Origin: Clostridia bacterium
Lineage (GTDB): Bacteria; Bacillota; Clostridia; Oscillospirales; CAG-272
DNA: 52,354 bases
Direction: 5' to 3'
NCBI GenBank assembly: GCA_017453005.1
Contig: JAFTKY010000017.1
Span: 1 to 52,354, forward strand
Numbering within the stretch: position 1 is the first letter of the stretch; the number at the start of each line of letters is the position of its first letter. The position numbers and the translations under genes were made by a program. Shown in pieces: positions 47,305-52,354 of this stretch. The notes under the pieces were generated by a model. That model made no database searches, was not told the DNA's origin, and saw only the letters and a list, made by a program, of their open reading frames with translations.

Positions 47305-48008
47305 GCGAGATAAAGGGATATATACATTCCATACAGAGCCTTGGAACTCTGGACGGCCCGGGCGTTCGCTTCGTAGTCTTTTTGCAGGGCTGCAATCTTC
47401 GCTGCAAATGCTGTCATAATCCCGACACGTGGGAATGTGGCGGCAAGGAATACACACCCGAGGAGATTGTCAGCCGAGTGCTGCGATTTCGCGAGTATTT
47501 CGGACGTGACGGAGGAATAACGCTTTCAGGAGGCGAGCCGTTGCTTCAGGCTGACTTTGCCCGCAGAGTTTTCGAGATGTGTCACGGAGAGGGAATAAAC
47601 ACCTGCCTTGATACGTCGGGAAGTGTTTTGAATGAAAAGACAAAGAGCCTGCTTGAGCATACCGACCGCGTGCTGCTTGACATCAAGTACACAAACGACG
47701 CAGACTACCGCGAAAACGCAGGCTGCTCTATGCGAGCACCGATGGATTTTCTCAAATATCTGAATGAGAAAAGCATCCCCACCACGCTCCGTCAGGTTAT
47801 TATACCGACGGTGAACGATGGAGAGGAGAACATTCTCGCACTCAGGGACATAGTAAAGGCTCACGCTTGTGTGGATAAGGTGGAGCTGTTGCCGTTCCGC
47901 AAGATATGTCAGGTCAAATATGATAATATGGGAATTGAATTTCCGTTTGGACATCTCCCCGAGCCCACGCGAGATAAAATGGCAGAGCTTGAGGGTATGC
48001 TCAGATAA
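47301..48008 (+). CDS. pflA: PFL-activating enzyme
   Basis: [32 protein letters not shown]. Confidence 0.96.
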   Translation: MSEIKGYIHSIQSLGTLDGPGVRFVVFLQGCNLRCKCCHNPDTWECGGKEYTPEEIVSRVLRFREYFGRDGGITLSGGEPLLQADFARRVFEMCHGEGINTCLDTSGSVLNEKTKSLLEHTDRVLLDIKYTNDADYRENAGCSMRAPMDFLKYLNEKSIPTTLRQVIIPTVNDGEENILALRDIVKAHACVDKVELLPFRKICQVKYDNMGIEFPFGHLPEPTRDKMAELEGMLR

Positions 48009-48038
48009 AAAATCCGACCTTTTAAAGGTCGGATTTTT
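48007..48038. terminator. Bidirectional terminator
   Basis: AAAAATCCGACCTTT..AAAGGTCGGATTTTT. Confidence 0.85.
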
Positions 48039-48039
48039 G

Positions 48040-48708
48040 TTATTGTTGATCTGTTGTGCCTTTGTCCTCGGAGGATGCTTCTGTGACTTCCTGCTCGTTG
48101 TTTGCAGTATCCTGCACAGGCTCGGAGCTGTCAAACGTGCTGTTGTATACGTCAGAGAAATTCTGTCCTTGTGCATCGACTGCAGGCTCTTCCTCGGGGA
48201 GATTTTTGAGCTTACCTTGAGCAACGAGACCGATTATAAGGTAGATGAGTACCCAGATATGGAACAGAATGTCAACTATCATTTCAATGTTGAAGCCGTA
48301 CAGATAGAACATACCGAGGGTATCAATTCCGAAAAGCACGGTTGCACCTACAAGCCATCCGGAGCTCTTTTTTGATGCCACCCAGCAAAGCAGATATATA
48401 AGGATAAGCACCACTGCAAGCACGACCATTATCCAATAGAACGTGGGGTTCATAAATTCAAATGCTTCGGCGTCCTCGTAGTATTCCGCAGGCATCCTGC
48501 CGCACATTACGGCGCCGAGGCTTACGAAATAATAGGGAATAGCTGCCGAGAAAAGAAAATACGTGGCGCTGCCAAGTGAAATAAAGAGGATGTTTACCGC
48601 AGTGAATATTATCATCATAAGAAGGTTCATTCTTGCGGTGTTGTACTTTAATTCAAGCTGTGCCTTTTGCGGCAAGACCTGAAAATTGTTGTTTCTGAAA
48701 AGTCCCAT
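48040..48708 (-). CDS. Hypothetical membrane protein
   Basis: About 5 TM helices, acidic tail, AGGAG RBS. Confidence 0.8.
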   Translation of the reverse strand: MGLFRNNNFQVLPQKAQLELKYNTARMNLLMMIIFTAVNILFISLGSATYFLFSAAIPYYFVSLGAVMCGRMPAEYYEDAEAFEFMNPTFYWIMVVLAVVLILIYLLCWVASKKSSGWLVGATVLFGIDTLGMFYLYGFNIEMIVDILFHIWVLIYLIIGLVAQGKLKNLPEEEPAVDAQGQNFSDVYNSTFDSSEPVQDTANNEQEVTEASSEDKGTTDQQ

Positions 48709-48719
48709 AGCAGTCTCCT

Positions 48720-49232
48720 TTATTCGTTAATTATTTTTATCTGACACATTTTCATAGCGTCAAGTGCGGTCTTGTGGCTTTCGGGGGTCACGCCCGCGCA
48801 AGCCCGGGCATCAACTATGACGGGAATTTCGGGGAAATACGCCTTCACTATCATTGCGTTTGAGATGACGCATATATCCGTGCAAAGTCCTGCAAAGGTG
48901 ATACTCTCAATATCAGCTTCTTTTGCAAGCACGTCGGGGAGCTGACTTGAGCCAAAGGTTATTTTGTCAATAGCATCGGTTTTACGCAAAGCATCAAGCT
49001 CGGCGCGTATCTCCCAGCCGTGAGTACCCTTTATACAGTGCGGAACGGGAAGATTTTTGCCCTCCTGCGTGTCCATGTAATTTTCCGTGTGCGTGTCACG
49101 TGTGAAGATCACCTTTCCGTCAAAGCTCTCGATCAGACCTTTAACGTACGGCACTATCGCCACCGCCTCGGGCGTGCCCAGAGCGCCGTCGATAAAGTCG
49201 TTTTGCATATCTACCACAACAAGAATTTTCAT
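48720..49232 (-). CDS. Isochorismatase/nicotinamidase-family cysteine hydrolase
   Basis: VVDMQNDF, TRDTH, PHC, DK.TFGS, GLCTDICV; ATG at 49232 after GGAGG. Confidence 0.92.
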   Translation of the reverse strand: MKILVVVDMQNDFIDGALGTPEAVAIVPYVKGLIESFDGKVIFTRDTHTENYMDTQEGKNLPVPHCIKGTHGWEIRAELDALRKTDAIDKITFGSSQLPDVLAKEADIESITFAGLCTDICVISNAMIVKAYFPEIPVIVDARACAGVTPESHKTALDAMKMCQIKIINE

Positions 49233-49398
49233 GTGAGAAAACCTCCGTCTTAATCTATGCTTTATTTTACCACAAAATTCTATACCCGTCAAGTGGTGAG
49301 AGAAAAGCATTTTCAGTATTTCACGTCTTAATTTATACTGTGAGCTTTAGCGATTTTATTTTAATTTACGAGAAAAGTTCTTGAAAGAGGGAGGGGGT

Positions 49399-49448
49399 AA
49401 AGGGGGAGGGAGAGAACTTCTTTTAAGAAGTTCTCTCCCTCCCCCTTT
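49399..49448. repeat. 24-bp perfect inverted repeat (terminator or REP-like)
   Basis: AAAGGGGGAGGGAGAGAACTTCTT-TT-AAGAAGTTCTCTCCCTCCCCCTTT. Confidence 0.8.
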
Positions 49449-49450
49449 TA

Positions 49451-49657
49451 TCACTTACCCTTATTCAATTTCTTCTTCGTGCCGTCGGGGTATTGAACCG
49501 TGGTGTTGTTGAGAGTTGCTCTCAGGTCGCCAACGTATGACTCAATATACTCACGGCGGAGAGCGTCGCGTTCCGCGAGCTCCTCGGGTGTAAGCGTTTC
49601 GCCTGCCTTGACACGGCGGGCGTATTCGTTTATCTTATCAATTTTTTCTTGTGTCAT
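49451..49657 (-). CDS. DUF896 (YnzC/UPF0291) protein
   Basis: IDKINE.AR..K....LTPEELAERDALRREYI. Confidence 0.88.
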   Translation of the reverse strand: MTQEKIDKINEYARRVKAGETLTPEELAERDALRREYIESYVGDLRATLNNTTVQYPDGTKKKLNKGK

Positions 49658-49730
49658 GTTACGTTTCCTTTATACTTGATAGCGTTTTGCGCTCGCGCAA
49701 AAGGCGGGCTTTGAGGTGAGCCTCAAAGCA

Positions 49731-52127
49731 TTATTCTCTGATACCGATACCGAGCTTGAACTTGAGGTCATTGAGTATCTTGCTCGTCGCCTTGTCAGCC
49801 TCTTCAACGGTAAGAGTGCGGTCAGACGCGCGGAGGGTTACACGGAAGGATACCGACTTCTTGCCCTCGCCGATCTTCTCACCGCGGTAGATGTCAAAGA
49901 GCTTTACACTCTCGCAAAGCTTACCTGCCGCGCGGCTCATAACAGCCTCTATCTCACCGACTGTGAGCTCCTCACCGCAAACAAACGAGAAGTCACGGGT
50001 GGTTGCGGGGAACTTGGGAAGGGGCTTGTAGTCTATCGTCATATCAGATGCGCCAAAGATCTTGTCAAATGACAGCTCAGCCGCGTAAACGGGGATATTC
50101 ACACCGTAGTTTTCACAAACGAGGGGGTGAATCTGACCGAATAAGCCAAGGCAATACCCGTTTGCGTCAACTACTCTTGCGCAACGTCCGGGATGGTAGG
50201 AGGGATTATCCGATACCGCCTTGTAGGTCACGCCCTTGATACGAGCGGACGCGAGAATGTTTTCAACAACGCCCTTGAGCGCATAGAAATCAGCGTCACC
50301 GTATGCGCCGAGAACTATCATCTTGGGCTCGTCGGGAAGCTCGTTTTCTCCGTCCTTGGGCAGATATACGTTTGCCATCTCAAAGAGACTTACGTTCTCG
50401 TTTGAGAAGTTGATATTACGTGTCAGAACCTCAAGCATGGAGGGGAGAGCGGTTGTGCGCATTACGCTTGTGTCCTCACCGAGAGGGTTGGTAATGACTA
50501 CGGACTTGCGAAGAATAGAATCCTCGGGAAGTCTTATCTTGTCATAACACTTGGGACTGATAAACGAGAAGGTCTGTATCTGGTCAAAGCCAAGTCCGTA
50601 CAGAAGATTTTCCGTGTCAACCTCAAACTTCTGCTTGGGTGTGCGTCCGCCCTGCGTGGTCTCCGCCTTGATGCAGGTGGACTTTATCTTGTTGTAGCCG
50701 TAGATACGGATAACCTCTTCTGCGATGTCGTTCATGCAGGTGAGGTCTGCGCGGAAGGAGGGAACTGTAATCTTGCCGTCCTCAACCTTGCACTCAAGGC
50801 GCGTGAGAACGTCGGTAACGTATTCCTCCGTCAGTTCAACGCCGAGGAACTTGTTGTATCTCTCAACCTCAAGGGGAAGGACTGTGGGTGCTGCCTTTGT
50901 GGGATAAACGTCAATGACACCGTCAACAACGTCACCTGCGCCGAGCATCTGCACGAGCTCGCAAGCGCGGAGAAGACCGCCCATTGCGTTTTCAGCGTCA
51001 AGTCCCTGTTCAAAACGGGCGCTGGACTCTGTTCTCATGCCGTTTTTCTTTGCGGTAACACGCACGCTGGGACCAGAGAAGCAAGCCGACTCAAATACGA
51101 CGGTTGCCGTATTCTCCTTGATCTCGCTGTTTGCTCCGCCCATAACACCCGCGAGAGCAACAGCCTTGTTGCAGTCTGCGATAACGAGCATAGAGCTGTC
51201 AAGCGTGTGGTCCTTATCGTCAAGCGACTTGAAGTTTTCACCGTCAAGCGCGCGACGGACGTTTATAGCCGAACCGTCAAGGCAGGAATAGTCAAACGCG
51301 TGCATGGGCTGACCGTATTCGAGCATGACGTAGTTTGTAATGTCAACTATGTTGTTTATGGGGCGCACGCCTGCCGCACGGAGTCTCATTCTGAGCCAGA
51401 GGGGCGAGGGCGCGATCTTTACGTTCTTTACAACCTTTGCCGCATATCTGAAGCAGAGGTCGGGGTCGCTTATCTTGACAGAGAGATAGTTGTCTATCTT
51501 GTCGCCGTCGTTTGCGTCTGCAACCACGGGAGTGGGGATATTGAGAGGCTTATCGAAGGAGATAGCCGTCTCGCGAGCAAGACCGATAACGGAGAGACAG
51601 TCGGGGCGGTTGGAGGTTATCTCAAATTCAACTACGGTGTCGTTGAGCATGAGAGCTTCCTTGATATCCATGCCCACCTTGTCGGAGAACTCCTCGCCGA
51701 GAATGAGGATTCCGTCCTCAATAGCATCGGGCATATCGTGGAGCGTGAGGTTGAGCTCGGCGATAGAGCAGAGCATACCGTTTGACTCAACGCCGCGGAG
51801 CTTGCCTGCCTTAATGGTAACGCCGCCGGGAAGGTGCGCTACGGGAATAGCCGCGGGAACGAGGTCGCCAACGCGTACGTTCTGCGCGCCCGTTACTATC
51901 TGCGTTGTCTGTGTGCCGATGTCTATCTGGCATATCCAGAGATGGTCGGAATCGGGGTGTCTTTCCATTTCAAGCACCTTACCGATAACTACGTTCTGTA
52001 TATCCTCGCCAAGGACCTCGTAGCCCTCAACCTTGGAGCCCGTGTCTGTCATTCTGTCGCAGTATTCCTTAACGGAGATACCGTCTGTGTTTGTGAAATC
52101 GTGAAGCCAATTAAGTGAAAGATTCAT
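49731..52127 (-). CDS. pheT: Phenylalanine-tRNA ligase beta subunit
   Basis: HPDSDHL, GVESNGMLCS, ITSNRPDCLS, EEVIRIYGY, FDX-ACB tail. Confidence 0.98.
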   Translation of the reverse strand: MNLSLNWLHDFTNTDGISVKEYCDRMTDTGSKVEGYEVLGEDIQNVVIGKVLEMERHPDSDHLWICQIDIGTQTTQIVTGAQNVRVGDLVPAAIPVAHLPGGVTIKAGKLRGVESNGMLCSIAELNLTLHDMPDAIEDGILILGEEFSDKVGMDIKEALMLNDTVVEFEITSNRPDCLSVIGLARETAISFDKPLNIPTPVVADANDGDKIDNYLSVKISDPDLCFRYAAKVVKNVKIAPSPLWLRMRLRAAGVRPINNIVDITNYVMLEYGQPMHAFDYSCLDGSAINVRRALDGENFKSLDDKDHTLDSSMLVIADCNKAVALAGVMGGANSEIKENTATVVFESACFSGPSVRVTAKKNGMRTESSARFEQGLDAENAMGGLLRACELVQMLGAGDVVDGVIDVYPTKAAPTVLPLEVERYNKFLGVELTEEYVTDVLTRLECKVEDGKITVPSFRADLTCMNDIAEEVIRIYGYNKIKSTCIKAETTQGGRTPKQKFEVDTENLLYGLGFDQIQTFSFISPKCYDKIRLPEDSILRKSVVITNPLGEDTSVMRTTALPSMLEVLTRNINFSNENVSLFEMANVYLPKDGENELPDEPKMIVLGAYGDADFYALKGVVENILASARIKGVTYKAVSDNPSYHPGRCARVVDANGYCLGLFGQIHPLVCENYGVNIPVYAAELSFDKIFGASDMTIDYKPLPKFPATTRDFSFVCGEELTVGEIEAVMSRAAGKLCESVKLFDIYRGEKIGEGKKSVSFRVTLRASDRTLTVEEADKATSKILNDLKFKLGIGIRE

Positions 52128-52144
52128 GTCGTTATCTCCCCTCC

Positions 52145-52354
<210 letters not shown>

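Noticed and set aside
20182-49310. Extended ORF-track starts for infC, rplT, trmFO, the radical SAM gene, the 41313 lipoprotein and the isochorismatase
   Set aside because: Downstream starts fit RBS position and family N-termini better, so coordinates were adjusted.

Overview
A 52 kb chromosomal window from a spore-forming Clostridia-like Firmicute, judged from spo0A, ytfI/ytfJ, dacB and sigA-type promoters. Most of it is housekeeping: lon-engB-lysA-M50 protease-scpAB-ytfIJ-dacB-rluB; infC-rpmI-rplT; trmH-dprA-topA-trmFO-rnc-radical SAM-smc-ftsY-rdgB-yhbY-nadD-yqeK-rsfS; ruvX; pflBA behind a ZTP riboswitch; pheST. I found no tRNA, rRNA, CRISPR array, integrase or transposase. The unusual signal is mostly non-coding. 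(1) Downstream of spo0A is an array of three extra copies of its last ~22-25 codons at ~190-210 bp spacing. They differ from the gene mainly at synonymous sites and are separated by REP-like palindromic elements and a self-contained promoter-sRNA-terminator cassette with a Spo0A box at its start site. (2) A His/Cys membrane leader ORF lies ahead of a Zrg-like metal ABC operon; its 3' end is built into a four-way-junction RNA and can pair with the downstream ribosome-binding site, a candidate metal-sensing translational attenuator. (3) An orphan sRNA and nested repeats sit between lon and infC. (4) Two independent modules pair a small XRE repressor with a divergent lipoprotein gene, each with visible operators. 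(5) scpA carries a frameshift. All calls come from reading the sequence; no database searches were run.
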